NCBI GenBank assembly: GCA_044892525.1 | Contig: CM097885.1 | Location: 252,092,001-252,156,000, forward strand | Reading direction: 5' to 3' | DNA from: Schmidtea polychroa | Lineage: Eukaryota | DNA length: 64,000 nt | Shown here: positions 15,001-27,500 of the stretch, piece after piece | How the letters are laid out: the number at the start of each line of letters is the position of its first letter | Position numbering within the stretch: the stretch's first letter is position 1 | Program-made: the position numbers and the translations under genes | Notes under the pieces: model-generated | What the model was told of the DNA's origin: nothing | Seen by the model: only the letters and a program-made list of their open reading frames with translations | The model's database searches: none

Positions 15001-16460
15001 CAATAAACATTTCCTCATTTTTATTTTTGTGATATACAGAAAATATAAGTCTTTCTCACTAGGACATGTCACAGTGGAGGATCAGAAGGAACAATGTGAT
15101 TGAAATGAATTGCAAAAATTTATAATTTTCGTGTACCCATTATGAAAGACGGAATTCATTGTTGTTTAGTATATAGAAAAGTGAGTGAGAGTGATTTTTT
15201 GTTTATGAGCAAGATGCAGTTAATGTAAAGGTATATATATATATATATAAACTCTGATTACAAAAGTCAAGATCTCAGAATGAGAGACTTCAAAATCAAA
15301 GCGCTTGTTGTCTCAAATCTTCAAATATAAATTACTTCCTATTATTATGAAAAGGTTTGATCCATATATACTAAAAAAGAAATAATGTATGTTATCATAG
15401 CAATACTATCTCGCCTTAAAACATTAAAAGAAAACTTATGAAGCTTTATGAATTAACAAAATTAGTGATTGACTCTTTTCTTGGAACAGATTAGATTCTT
15501 TTATAAAAGTCTGACGATAAAAGGATGAAATAAGATGACTCTGTAAAAATGCAATGATAGATGGGAATTATTTTCATCGATCAATCATCTGGTCTGCAAA
15601 AAAAAGTAAAAAGAAGATGTTATTCATTATAAAATCACAAAATCAAAATAGCCGCGAATTTTCCGTTACATATAGTTTAATCTGCTTTAGAAGGAAATGC
15701 AAAAATCATGTCTAAAGGTTGGCGGCAGTACAAGTGACATATATCACTTGATAAGTAATGCAAAACTTCACGTTGCAAGCATAACATAGATAAAATCAAA
15801 AAACTACCGTTTGGAGCTAGCTACTTGAATTCAACAACGTATTCAAATATAAAATTCATTCTGTTAAAGTAATTTTAAATTATTACTTTAGTTATTTGAA
15901 AATTATTACTTATTTACTTTAATTTCTCGGAAGACATCGATTCTTAAAAATATCTTACATTAATTATTTCCCTTATTTAGTTTAATTTACTTTTATTTAC
16001 TTAATTTAAAATTATTACTTAAATTTCTCAGGTGCCCTAATTTACTTAATTTTAAATATAATACCATAATTTCTTCAAAATATCTTACGATAAATTTAAA
16101 AATTATTACTTAAATTTACTTATTTTTTTAAATTATTACACTAATTTCTCAAAAGACGTCGAATCTTCAAAATGTAGTACCATAAATTCCTGTACAAAAG
16201 TCCTGGGATAAAAAAAATACTTAGATTTTTTTTAACGAAGGCCTAAGTTTAATATAAAAGTCACTCAGACAAAATACTCCCCCAAATATAGTGTGATATT
16301 CACATGACCATGATAGTCCACTGGAGCACAGGCCTTTTTATTGAGAAAGATATTTAGGGTTTTTAAGGTAAACTTATTTATAGGCTTTTTATTCGAGACT
16401 AAAAAACCCTCTGACTATAGTGAGAGTTTCAGATTGACATTCAATCAAAAAAAAAAAAAA

Positions 16461-16496
<36 letters not shown>

Positions 16497-17400
16497 TATA
16501 AAAATAAATATTAAAATTAATTAATTTAATTTAATTAATTTACTTCACTAAAACAAAAATTTTAATTAATCAATGATTAATTTTCGAATACGGTATCATC
16601 TCGATCAAATTCATTTGCTATAAATCGTCAGTACCCAATGTTTAAAATGCTCTTGTCGGAAATCTTTTTAACATTGGCTTGTTCAAACTGTACGCAAACT
16701 TGTTAACCATTTCTGGATTTCTGTTTCCGAATTCGAAACTCGTCTCTTTAATTTTGTCATTTCACCGAAACCTTTTTTGTCTTCGGGATTCGTCCAAATC
16801 TTCTCCATTACAACAAGAAGATTTAAATTTAAAACTAGGTAATGAGGGGTTAGCACCCATTGTTTATGATTGATTTCTTATTACTCCACCTGATAATGAT
16901 AATGCCAATGGTATCAATGCGCCAATAAAACCTCCTTGTTGTTTAAATATATTTTTCTCATTTGTTTACGATTTTTATTATTTACTAACGACAGCAAAAT
17001 GTTTTTTGTGTTTATTCAATAAATGCTTTTTGGATTGCATGACAGAAATCNNNNNNNNNNNNNNNNNNNNNNNNNNNNNNNNNNNNNNNNNNNNNNNNNN
17101 NNNNNNNNNNNNNNNNNNNNNNNNNNNNNNNNNNNNNNNNNNNNNNNNNNNNNNNNNNNNNNNNNNNNNNNNNNNNNNNNNNNNNNNNNNNNNNTCCCCT
17201 TTGAATTTGAACGATATTGACGTTTTCATATACAGATACACACACACCTTTATGACCCCTAAAATAAAATATAATTTTCATAAATTTTAATAAAATTACA
17301 TGTATGTTCTTAAAAGTTGTTGAAATATTCCTTATTTATTGACCATTACACACATGCGCGCACACAGTCAATTTTCAACCTCCAAAGAATGTTTGTATGA

Positions 17401-17464
<64 letters not shown>

Positions 17465-20400
17465 TTTATATATATATTTCTTCAGTTATATACTTTTATT
17501 TTAATGTTACTAATCCATGGACAAACTGCTGCGAATTTGAGGACCATAAAGTAACATTCAAATATCACTTCATTGAATCGTATGTCCTAACTTTATCGAA
17601 ATGCTAAATTTTTTTTTCATATTTTATAACCTCTTTAATTCAATTTTTGTTTCAATCCTTTTTTTTCTTTAATAAATATTCGTTGAATGGCATTGCAGTC
17701 TTTCGCCATACTATAATGGTGGTTCGCAACATATACTCTAATTGCTTCAGAATGAACAATGGCATTGAATAAAAATGCGTCCTTGGCTGCACTTTTTGAT
17801 AAAATTTCATTTAAACTCTTTTTTTACGAAACTTTTAATTAATGATGCCTCAAAATTTTATTCCTAACGGTGCAACATATTAGATAGTTAATTAAACCAG
17901 TAGTATTACCCCTCTTACAACTTAGCCGTGCTCCATAACCATATCATTTAGGTCTGTTTTTTCTATTGTTTGAAAATGATTCCAAGCTTCAGATTTTAAT
18001 TTCTTATAATTCTTATAACCAATAATAATTATATTAGTTTGTCTCATTTTTTAAATATTAGAATTATTAATTCCTAACTACTCGATTATAATTACCCGCG
18101 CAGCTAACAAAAATGTTTCAAAATGTTTCAAACCTTACGTTTGATTTACAATATCTTTATCTTCATTTTGTGTATTTGCACTCACTGTATCTTTTATTTC
18201 TTTTTATTTTATATTCAATTGTTTTCAGGCCGTAGAAATACCAGGTATTAAAATATTTCGGTATGATGCTCCACTCTACTTTGCCAATGCAGAGCATTTC
18301 CAAACGAAATTGTACAAAAAAACTGGGTTGGATCCACGTAGAGTTAAACCATTGAAGAAAGACCTCACTATTGAAAAGAATATGAATCAAATAAACAGTG
18401 TTGAAGCAGTAGTGGATGAAACTACTACATTAAGAATACACGAAAACAATATCAAAGTTGAGATTACAGAAGAAAAGAACTCGGTCCCATCCATGGAAAT
18501 CAGTGACACTAAATATATTGTTGTTGACCTGTCGTCTGTTAATTATGTAGATAATGTTGCCATCAGGATTCTTGAAGAGGTTAGTAAAACTTTATACAAT
18601 TTGTTATTTTGTGTCAGAATTTTATATTTCAAATACTTTATCTGTTAGATTCTACTTATTAAGGAAATACTTTACCGCAGATAATCCTAATAATAATTTA
18701 TTTATTATTATAAGATAACGCCAATCAAACTTTTTTTTCACGATTAATTTCGACAATTTTCCAGTCATCATCAGGTGGGATATAATAACTCATTAAATTA
18801 AGGATTTTAAACAAATTTATTAATTATATATAAAAATATTTTTATTTTATAAAAAAATAATTATTTTTTAAAATTTTAACATTTAACATTTAATTTAATA
18901 ATTTAAAAAAATTTTTATTAATTATTTAATTTAATACAACAATTAATACATAGAATATAAAAAACCTATTTAAAATCTTATTTAAAAACGCTCAAAACAC
19001 AAGTATTTACAGCATTCTGCACATTTATTTTCGGATTCAATGATTTTATCAACAACGCCTCACAAATCACACGTTCCCAATATTTATCGAAATTTTACAA
19101 TAAGGGCTGTAAGATTAAAATCGGTATGTCTGATTTTAAAATTTTATTAAAAAATTTCAGTCTACGCTGGAAAGCAATTAGAAAATAAAAACGATATTGA
19201 ACGACTATAGCATACCAGTAGGTTCGACACTTCATTTGTCACTCAGGCAAATGACGAAGGGATTTTAGAAGAAGGACTGTGGAAAAAGAGAATGATAAAA
19301 GGAAAACTAACGAGTTTGAGAAACAAGATTCTCAATGATATAAATGGGAAGGAAGTCAGTGAATGATTGGATGAATATGAAAATCAAAAGGAGAGTCTAG
19401 ATGAAGAATTAGTGGATCTGATAACTATTAGTAAAAAATTGCAAAGATTGGATTTCACTGAAATGTTAGATAAAGATCTGCAAGAGATCGAGGGAAAACA
19501 TCAAATAATTGGGGCACTGATGGAAAGAAAAGCAAATCAATCTTTTAAGGAAGAGAAGGAAAATGAGAATGATGATACAATCAAGAAAAATAATTCAGTG
19601 CGTAAAATAAAACTAGAAAGTACAAAAGATTACAATACCTGTCTTTGAAGGCAAGATGAAAGAGTATGAGCCGTGGAAAGCAGCTTTTACTGCGTCTGTT
19701 GACGAAGCGGAAGGTGACGAGGTTGAAAAGATGTTTCACCTGCACAAGTACCTTCACGGAGGGCCGTTAAAGTTAATTGAAAATCTAGGATATTCGGCAG
19801 AAGCCTATCAAATGGCTAAAGAGAAGTTGGATAGGCGATATGGTGGGGATTAAAGGATATATCTATTACTTTAATACTGTAAAATAAATGGGGGGGGGGG
19901 ACAAGAGCTAATAGATAATCAGAATAGGGTGAAAAACCCGTGTTGTCAACAAAATTATTTAATTAGAGCTACACAAATTGAAAAATAAAGGAAACCCCGA
20001 GGCAAAAGGAATCCTAGTTTAATTTAAAAAATTTGTTAGCAAAGAAAACCTGGGGAGGTGTAAATAAAATTGGCAACCTCAAGAGGATCCCTTCCAATAA
20101 ACTAAGATAAACTAAAAGTGAATTCAATTATGAAGACGGTATAAAAGTTGGAGACGAGTTATTGAAATCCCCAGTTGTTCGAAGACAATTTAAAGAAGTA
20201 TAAGTATTAATTTTAAACCCAGTCAATATTAAATTGATTTTGAGCGTACCAGAAAGGAAATCTCTCATTGGAAGATTTGTCGAAACGCGAAAAGTTACAA
20301 GTGTTATTGAAGTGTTGTAAATAATTGCGGTAATTTTGAATAAACGTTATTATGTTGGGTTAGTTCGATTGATTTGAAAAAGGATATAGAGTAATTAGAA

Positions 20401-20961
20401 ACTAGTACCGACTTGTAACAAATTTCCAACAGATGCTTATGTATACATATTCCCCATTCAATTTTTAACTAAAATATCTAAATATAACTAAAAAATCTGA
20501 AAAACCTTTAAAGTAATTGTTAAGATTTTTTAAAAATCGAATCTAGAAATTGTATAGGATATTATTATGTGTTTGTGTTACAAATTGTTAATGAGTGTCA
20601 TTAATACGAGGAATCAAGCAAATAGTAACCAATAAATGCTTAAAAAGTCATTGTTATATTCGATGTTTTGTGAATTATTCTTCGAATTTTTTAATTTTAT
20701 CCTATTTAATTTGTTCGACAATGAAATGTGGCCAACCTAAATATTGAATGAAAATGACAATTGAACGTTCACATTCAAATATAGGTCTATTCCTCCTATC
20801 GGAAGCTGGGAATTCAACTCTTTCTAACGGGACCGAATCATAGAATCAGAAAAATGTTAACGAGATCCAAATTCGCCGAAGATAACCTAAACCGAATTCT
20901 GTACGTCACAATCCATGATGCGATTCTGTCGATATTGTTGATCAGAGATTTGCATTTGTAA
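1..20961 (+). CDS. SLC26 family anion transporter (prestin/SLC26A5-like), copy 1, 5'-partial
   Basis: Manually spliced in-frame exons with GT-AG ends: <1-130 (..[24 protein letters not shown]), 1885-2146 (..[32 protein letters not shown]), 12686-12763, 12808-12903, 12958-13134, 18229-18579 (STAS: [28 protein letters not shown]), 20785-20961 (..[11 protein letters not shown]). Motifs match the SLC26 TM8-TM14 and STAS regions. Confidence 0.93.
150..440. mobile_element. Foldback-type MITE (family with partial copies at ~1171-1335, ~34060-34204, ~35665-35828)
   Basis: Inverted repeat tttcaattttcacctctgatt (161-181) / aatcagaggtgaaaattgaaa (410-430), further internal inverted segments (gatatcgat, attgactatgaatcagt), and recognisable dispersed copies in the window. 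Confidence 0.7.
2256..2294 (-). ncRNA. Degenerate Penelope-type minimal hammerhead ribozyme
   Basis: Minus strand reads UAC CUGGUGA U GGUAG UAAAA CUGUC GAAA UAAA UC GUA. Stem I (UAC/GUA) and stem II pair, but core A6 is changed to G and stem III is imperfect; homologous to the 45908-45946 motif. Confidence 0.5.
2600..3130 (-). pseudogene. act: Actin pseudogene (N-terminal part), antisense in an SLC26 intron
   Basis: Fragments [67 protein letters not shown] and [15 protein letters not shown] are collinear with actin; they carry stops, frameshifts and deletions. Confidence 0.88.
3617..3848. mobile_element. piggyBac-type MITE
   Basis: TTAA at 3613-3616 and 3849-3852 flanking TIRs cactagatttacg / cgtaaatctagtg; subterminal palindrome gaaacccgtcaa-a-ttgacgggtttc at 3812-3836. 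Confidence 0.75.
5690..6863 (+). mobile_element. Tc1/mariner transposon, decayed transposase
   Basis: TA TSD (5688-5689, 6864-6865); 15-bp TIR cagtggcggacaaaa / ttttgtccgccactg; ORF remnant 6104-6478 with HTH_Tc3-like TIQRRL..KP..RL.FC..YKDW..W.KVMF(A)NE (first catalytic D lost). Confidence 0.9.
8102..8528. mobile_element. hAT-type MITE
   Basis: TIR cagggacgtaacaagg / ccttgttacgggcctg; 8-bp TSD cgtatagt / cgtataat (one mismatch). Confidence 0.8.
8980..9318. mobile_element. hAT-Charlie-like MITE, copy 1
   Basis: TIR cagtgtttctcaaac / gtttgggaaacgctg; perfect 8-bp TSD tcctaatt; second copy at 23028-23326. Confidence 0.9.
10147..11400 (-). mobile_element. LTR-retrotransposon gag remnant (frameshifted, two CCHC knuckles, no pol)
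   Basis: ORFs 10931-11257, 10416-10928 ([14 protein letters not shown]) and 10147-10440 ([14 protein letters not shown]); PBS-like TGGCACC.. on the minus strand ending at 11400; no paired LTRs found. Confidence 0.75.
13440..14130. repeat. Dispersed repeat with an inverted second copy at ~15480-15875
   Basis: 15480-15875 reverse-complement aligns to 13440-13490 plus 13765-14125. The ~270-bp segment 13499-13762 is absent from the second copy and is bounded by the direct repeat actccaa (13492-13498, 13763-13769). Confidence 0.8.
13648..13686 (+). ncRNA. Intact minimal type I hammerhead ribozyme (GUC cleavage after 13681)
   Basis: UAGUA CUGAUGA GAG ACAAAG CUC GAAA CUAG UC UACUA: perfect core, 5-bp stem I, 3-bp stem II and palindromic stem III ACUAGU. 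Stem I extends via AAAUC(13642-46)/GAUUU(13691-95) and ACCUGGCGC(13627-35)/GCACUGGGU(13696-704). Confidence 0.85.
16461..16496. repeat. (AAT)n microsatellite after a poly-A run
   Basis: Direct reading. Confidence 0.95.
16576..16808 (-). pseudogene. Polinton/Maverick-type integrase N-terminal fragment
   Basis: [34 protein letters not shown] / [35 protein letters not shown] matches the Polinton integrase pattern IYYDP..FG..KL..I..WL..TLHKP..FP...GIDDLWQADLVDM..YSK.N; contains a frameshift and stops. Confidence 0.7.
16864..17050 (-). pseudogene. Polinton small basic 'QxGGF' protein remnant, immediately upstream of the integrase fragment
   Basis: [51 protein letters not shown]: a basic helix followed by a QxGGF plus hydrophobic stretch, as in Polinton small ORFs and adenovirus pX-like motifs; truncated by an N gap. 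Confidence 0.55.
17403..17456. repeat. (TA)n microsatellite
   Basis: Direct reading. Confidence 0.95.
17640..18000 (-). pseudogene. Ac-like hAT transposase fragment (BED zinc finger region)
   Basis: [11 protein letters not shown].. / [18 protein letters not shown].. / [24 protein letters not shown], read across frameshifts. Confidence 0.5.
18712..19165 (-). mobile_element. Penelope-like element 3' fragment with 5' inversion and hammerhead
   Basis: Minus strand encodes [34 protein letters not shown] (GIY-YIG tail) followed by a 3'UTR homologous to 45880-46130; 19105-19160 ([18 protein letters not shown]) lies in the opposite orientation. Confidence 0.85.
18739..18777 (-). ncRNA. Penelope-type minimal type I hammerhead ribozyme
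   Basis: CAC CUGAUGA U GAC UGGAAAAUU GUC GAAA UUAA UC GUG: intact core, stem I CAC/GUG, palindromic stem III AUUAAU. Confidence 0.75.
19250..19853 (+). mobile_element. BEL/Pao retrotransposon gag remnant (DUF1759-like)
   Basis: Coiled-coil ORF 19367-19648, then [53 protein letters not shown] (19656-19853). Confidence 0.75.
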
Positions 20962-23027
20962 ATCATTTCCAATTTTAATTGTATTTTCAATTAGTTTCGA
21001 TAGAATAAGTATTTGTGAATTTTATACTTTTGAAATTATTATCTAATTGAATTTGTGAAATCGTAGTTAGCTTGAACCGATCAAGTGTTGGATATCGATT
21101 TGCACAAATTGTTGATCAAGGTTAATGGTGCTTGTGATCGATTGTGATCAACTGATGGAGAAATCATCAAGGTGTTGTCAATCATTTTCAGTCATGATGA
21201 ATTGATTTTATTTATTTTTTTATTTATTTATTTTTATCGCCACCTCTTTTACTGTGATATATTGATTAACTTGTGTAGCGGTGCTAGGTTCATTTTGTTA
21301 TGGAGCACTGCATGGATCCTAGTGAAACTATCAATTTGAACCTTCAGCAGAGAATTTTGTATTGTAAGTGTTTTAAAAGTTCTTTAGGTACTTTAGCATT
21401 TGGGTAGGTGTGATAAATCAATTATAGATAACATTGATCCTTGACTAAAAATGTCTGAAAAAAATTAAAGATTCTTTAGTAAACATCATTGAATAATAAA
21501 TGTGAATGGTATATAAATACAAAACACAATAGTTGGCTGCTACAGCTTATCTATATTTCCAAATTTATTGAAACGCAAATATCTAAGTATCGAGTTACTA
21601 TAAAAAATGGAATTGTCCCACTTTCAAAATAAACGTCACACATTCAACTGGAGCCCCGGTAGGCCCGTACTGGTTCTCAGTGAGTTCTAGTAAGTGCGTA
21701 CGGATATTTTATTTTACAAATCAATAAAAATTTGGGAAGTGTAACGGTTCCAAAGGAAATTAAACCCCATCATTGCGTATATTGATCATGAAGTGAATTT
21801 ACTGCAGCCAAATAAAATAAAAATAGTGATAATTTAAAATGGAAACTGATATAATAACATCTTACAGCTATGTGATCCCCAAATTTAAGTATGGTTGCCA
21901 TGATAACGGTTCATATTTTCATCGAATATTACGTATATTAAAAGACTTCAAATCTTTAAATTAAAAATTTTATAGGAAAACCTCGGAGACCTAGTGAGAG
22001 GAGACAGATATTGAATATATTTGATGAATCAATTCAGATCTATATTGAAAGGATTCATTAGAATATTACAGCATTCACCTTACAATTAATTTTGTGTATG
22101 CCTTCTTTCCTTTCAAAATGTATATAAAAAGAAAATTATTCAAATGGAACATATTTTTATCACATATCGTTGGTGCATAAATGTTCAGCATTTCCAGCAT
22201 ATAATAATATATCCTAAAGAAAGAGAGTACCAAAACACTGAAAAAGAGGCACACAGCACTAAACAAAAGAAATTAATATAAAGACACACACTACACTTTT
22301 AATTGTCATTTGCCATTGGCTATTGAAAGTGGTGATACTTTACAACCGAATATTTCCTATTGTGAAGGTGTGTATCGATAAAGGAGGTTGATTAAGACTT
22401 GATGATGTTACAAATATTCAAATTTAATTGGTGGAGACAAATACTAGTTTAAGATCTTTTGGCAAGTTTGGAATTAAGTATGTTGGCTATTTTGTGGAAG
22501 TCGGTATCACTGTCTAACTCTTTAGTGTCCTTTTTTTCAAATCGAACAACATAGCACAATAATATTTATTCGAAATTACCACAATTACACTTTTATTTAT
22601 TACACACTTTAATAAAACAAATTCAGTTTACACCAATTTTAGTAACTTTTTACTCTGCAAACTTTTCAATTTCAACCTCAATCTTGCACAAGGATATATC
22701 TTCCAATGGGAGATCTCTTGTTCTCGTAAGCTGAGACTCAAAATGGTTTGGTTAGCGCTAAGTTTAATTTTCTTTTACTCTCTTTCAATTCACTGTCAAT
22801 CTTCTTCCTACGACCAACTGGCAATTCTGTTTACTTGACAATACCTTTTATATCCATCCCATAATTGCATCATTTCCTCATCAAATTAATTTTGATATCT
22901 TTTTTCCGGGTTTCCCTTTGCCGACCTGATTGGATTGATCACTCGGGTTTTCTCACCTGCTCAAGTTTCCTATTAGCTAATTAATTTTTAATTAATTTTA
23001 CGCTTTTGTAATTATTGCCTTCTAGGG

Positions 23028-23326
23028 CAGTGTTTCTCAGACTTTTCTCGCTCGCGGCACACTTGCCCAAAAATCAAATATTTTTACAAATTTGTTGATT
23101 TCCCAATGATATATAAATAAGCTACTTTTTAGTCTATACTAATTAAATATGATTACGAGAGATTTTTATAAGGTAATAAAGACTTTTTTTGTAATTTTGA
23201 TCCACAGAAGCGACTTTTTCATAGAATATAGTTTTTGAAATTTTTTTTTATTACCAACTTTTTTGGGAAAAAAAGTCTTGCGGCACACCTGGTTCAACCT
23301 CACGGCACACCGTTTGAGAAACAATG
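23028..23326. mobile_element. hAT-Charlie-like MITE, copy 2
   Basis: TIR cagtgtttctcag / tttgagaaacaatg; perfect 8-bp TSD ttctaggg; highly similar to 8980-9318. Confidence 0.9.
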
Positions 23327-24508
23327 TTCTAGGGACTTTCATTAACTTTATTTTTATTATATTTGAACTCGTCTCATTGTTCGGCATCTACCAATACCAG
23401 TTTCCTCCTGAAGATATTCATTTTGATTGTTTTTTGATTTTTTAATTAATATTTTTGTACTTAAAATTATTATTGTGAATTTGAGGTATTATTGATTTTC
23501 ACTTTGTTTTTGTGCCTATCTCATTGAACACCAACAAGTACATCAGATTGTTTAATACTATTTGGTAATTTTTTTTGATTCTTGATTGAGCTGTGTGAAT
23601 TGGTTGAGTTAATAATTGGATCTTTTCAGGTTTGATGGAGGATTGAAGTATGTTGTAAGATGTAATGTTGTTATTCGATTTTTTGCTGGTTGATGGTAAA
23701 AGATTGTTAATCTCGACAGATGGTAGCATAGAGAAATTGATTGTGTCGCTGTCACAGATTTTGTATTATTCATTCGGTTTTTGCCGGGACTTTTGACATT
23801 TATGTGAAGAAATATGTAATGAAAATACCGATAATCTCATATAAAAGCACATTCGACATTATTTTATATGAGAGGTAATTTCTCTATGTACAATTATATA
23901 TGTCGATGAGGACGTCTAACATCTTACCTTTAATTATAATATCGAATCAAATAAAATCAAATTCACTGGTATTTTTATTTTTGGGAATATAAATAGTACA
24001 AAAAAGGCGCTACATTACTTCTATGATAAGGGCGTTAAGCGACCTCTGATCGTAGCTGATTATTGAATTCCTGTATTTAACAACATTGAAATAATTTATT
24101 AAATAGATTTGTTTAAATAATATTAATATAAAGCGCATTGTTATTATTTGGTGCGAGTCCCTGGGATTTCAATTTAGAGTAATAATAATTATGTTAAACG
24201 AAATTTCCTTACTAATAAAACATCGCATTTATAGACTTTAAATAATAAAAGTAATGAAAAAACCTTTTAACTGTTGCAACTACTTTAATTAATAAGTAGT
24301 GCTTTATTAATAAATGATTATTTATATTATAAAGTTTGACGAAAGTGATTTAAACGTAAATTTGAAAGACCATTTTTGAGGGCAGGGGGAGGTAAAAAAC
24401 AAAAGAGATTTAAAAGTAATTTTGAAGAGTATATATATATATATATATGTTATTTCTCAATTCAATTTACTATAAGTCTAGATATCTGTACATTGTCGGA
24501 TAGATGCG

Positions 24509-27500
24509 CAGCCCGTACCGTGACACCTTTTGACGGGGGGCCCAGACTCTCATTAAAGGGGCCAGTAATTCTCGTGTAAACTAAGTATTTTATGAAAACA
24601 GACTAGTCACTACTCACACTTTGCACTCCGAAATGTTCAATTTAAAAAAAAGGAAAGCAAAATCGACATTTTGTCTGAGCATTATTTTGCTACATTATTG
24701 CATATACTAGTATATAGGAAATGATTTTCGCACATTTTTTAGGAACAAACACAAAAAACAAAGCTGCATGTATTTGCACGACGGACAATTGGACATACAA
24801 AGACAGAACACACAGTCACACAGATTTGAAAACTAAAGGTGAGTGCAATAGAAATTACACAGGAACTAGATCCAGAAAAAAGAAATTACGTGTGAGATAT
24901 CGACATGACTCAAAATAGCTGCAGTCGACGATTTTTCATTTCATGAAACCGCCGAAGAAACTCATCAGATTTGATGTTATTACTGATGTCACTTTCAAAT
25001 GAGAGCAATACAAGGTTGGCTTTACGAAAATGGCTCATCGACGTACGAAAGGGAGTTAAGACACGAGATAAAGTACTGAAAGTCGCCTCACATGTGACAG
25101 TTGAAGCACCGATTGTCAGTGCAGAAGCTGCAAGACGATAGACAGATGGAAAAGCATCTCGGTATGAGTACAGTTCTTGCACTAACTGATGAACGTTTGT
25201 CACAGTACTGGCTCTCTTCAATAGGAAAACCTTTGCAGTTTCAAATTCATGTTGGGTTTCGCTTAGGTCCACGCCACACAGTGTCGCTAAAGTCTTTAGA
25301 TCCTCAATATTCAAAAAGTTTGCGTGATCAGTCTTGAAACATACAAGAGACTTATAAAGGCTTCTGTTGGTGACACCGAAGCGTTTTGTTAGTTCCTGCA
25401 GAGTCCTATCAACGACTTCGTAATACATCTGGCGATATGCGCATCTGATAGGCAAGGCCTGGTGTTCTGGCTGTCCCACAGATCCGAACACAATGAAGTT
25501 GTCTAATTTTGAGTTCATCTGAGTTCTTCTTCTTTTTGGTGTCTGTTCCATATCCATTTGACCTTCGAATTTCCCAAAAAGAACTTGGAATTCCTCTTCA
25601 TTGCGTAGGCTGCGAATGCGCTCTATGACGGCATCCATAACATCACATGCTGAAGAAAGGTCCATTGCTTGACCCTGCTAGCTATTGTTGGCTGCTTCAA
25701 GGATAGTCAGCAATGAGAGCACCATGTGTGCAATGAACTGAAACTCCACTTCATTGACTCGATGCAAAAGTCCAGTAGCTTCCAATTGAATATCAATTGA
25801 AAAGTGAGAATGTCTACTAGAACACATCTCAAGCAAATTCACAATTGTATCATAATTAGTTGTTATTGCCTGAGTCGTCTGCAAGTGTCCTGTCCAACGA
25901 TGTTCCATGAGCCGTGTCAATTTATCGCCTTGATATATGGCCGCAACCTTAGGATATGACAAAAATGTGTATAAGTTTCTGCATATGTCGAAGAAGTCCC
26001 GCAGTTTTTGGCACTCAGAAACGGCACACACAACAACCAAATGCAACTTGTGGTTGAAGCAATGGACATACGGAATTTCTTTTTGTAGACGCTCCTGAAG
26101 CAAGGCCTGCACCCCACTATGCTGTCCAGACATAACAGCGGCTCCATCATAGCATTGGGAAATTATATTTTTAGGATCCAACTGAGCCTCTTTCAAGGTT
26201 GTCAAAATTACATCTGTGAAGGCCTCTGCATTGAGAGCACTTGTTCGGGAAATGCAGATTAAGTGCTCCTGAGGTTGTCCTGCTGAGACAAACCTTATGG
26301 CAATCGACACATTCTCAGTCCCTGTTCGATCTTTGGTACCATCCACCTTCAGAGTAAAATATTCAACATCCGCAGACTTGCACTTCTTAACAATTGACTC
26401 GTGCACTTTTGATGCCATTAACGCGATAATTTCATTTTGAATTCGAGGTGATGTGTACGTGATGATTCGAGCCAGCTCAGGATTTTTCTTAACAGTGTAT
26501 TCGAAGAGACGTAAAAATAGACCACACGGAAGCTTATCATCCTCATCAATATCATCTCTACTGAAACTGTCACCACGAAAGGCTAATTCATTTGTCACAA
26601 GAAACTTTACAACGTCAACGATTTCGTTGACATAATAACGGTTGTTCTTCAGCTGTGTTTCATTAATCAAAGTGCAAACTTCCTCACCTTTTTCACATCT
26701 CAGCTGTTTCTCTTTCCAGCGTTCCATGGCATGGATGTGGCCAGCAGAAGATTCATGCTTTTGAAAACCTTTTCCTTTTTCTAAAGCCGATTTCCAATTT
26801 CGGAATCCTCCTGTTCTGAAAGCACTTTCGCCAGCAGAGCCGGGCAATGAAAATTTTCTACAGCAAAAGCAGAAGACTGCATCTTTCTCAATAGAGTACT
26901 CCAAATATGGTCTTCCATTATACCACACAGACGAAAATGAGCGTTCCCTTGAACCAAACGAAGTCTTTGGGAAATTTACATCAGTTGGCTGGCGTGGCAT
27001 TTCTTCACCCAGATCACATTTAGTAGATGACAGAGTCTTAGCAGGTGCACAAGAAGATGAGGACATCACTGCACTGTCACGGATACATGAAATAGCAGGT
27101 ACAGATGAAGGACTAGCACAAGTTGAGGACATAGTAGCAGAGATACTATCACTGGATGAAGTGACTGAAGTCACAGAATTCTTTGGAATGACTTGGAAGA
27201 AATTCATGATACTCTTTTGTGTCGACATGTTCTAATACGATGAAAATAATGTTACAAAATATGATCAATTAACATGTCACTCTGCCATAGGAGTGAGTTG
27301 AGTATAATGACATGTGATGTGCTCTCATTGGCCTATCTCTCTACCATCGTATAAAGACCACAATGCACCCACTCCATGCTCTGACACTCAATCATGCCTC
27401 CATTGCGTTGTTACTGCCTGTGAGGCAGGAAAGACAGACAGCACGCACCCTATCCACGCCACCGACATCACATGCCAGTCTCTTCCAGTGAGGCAGATAG

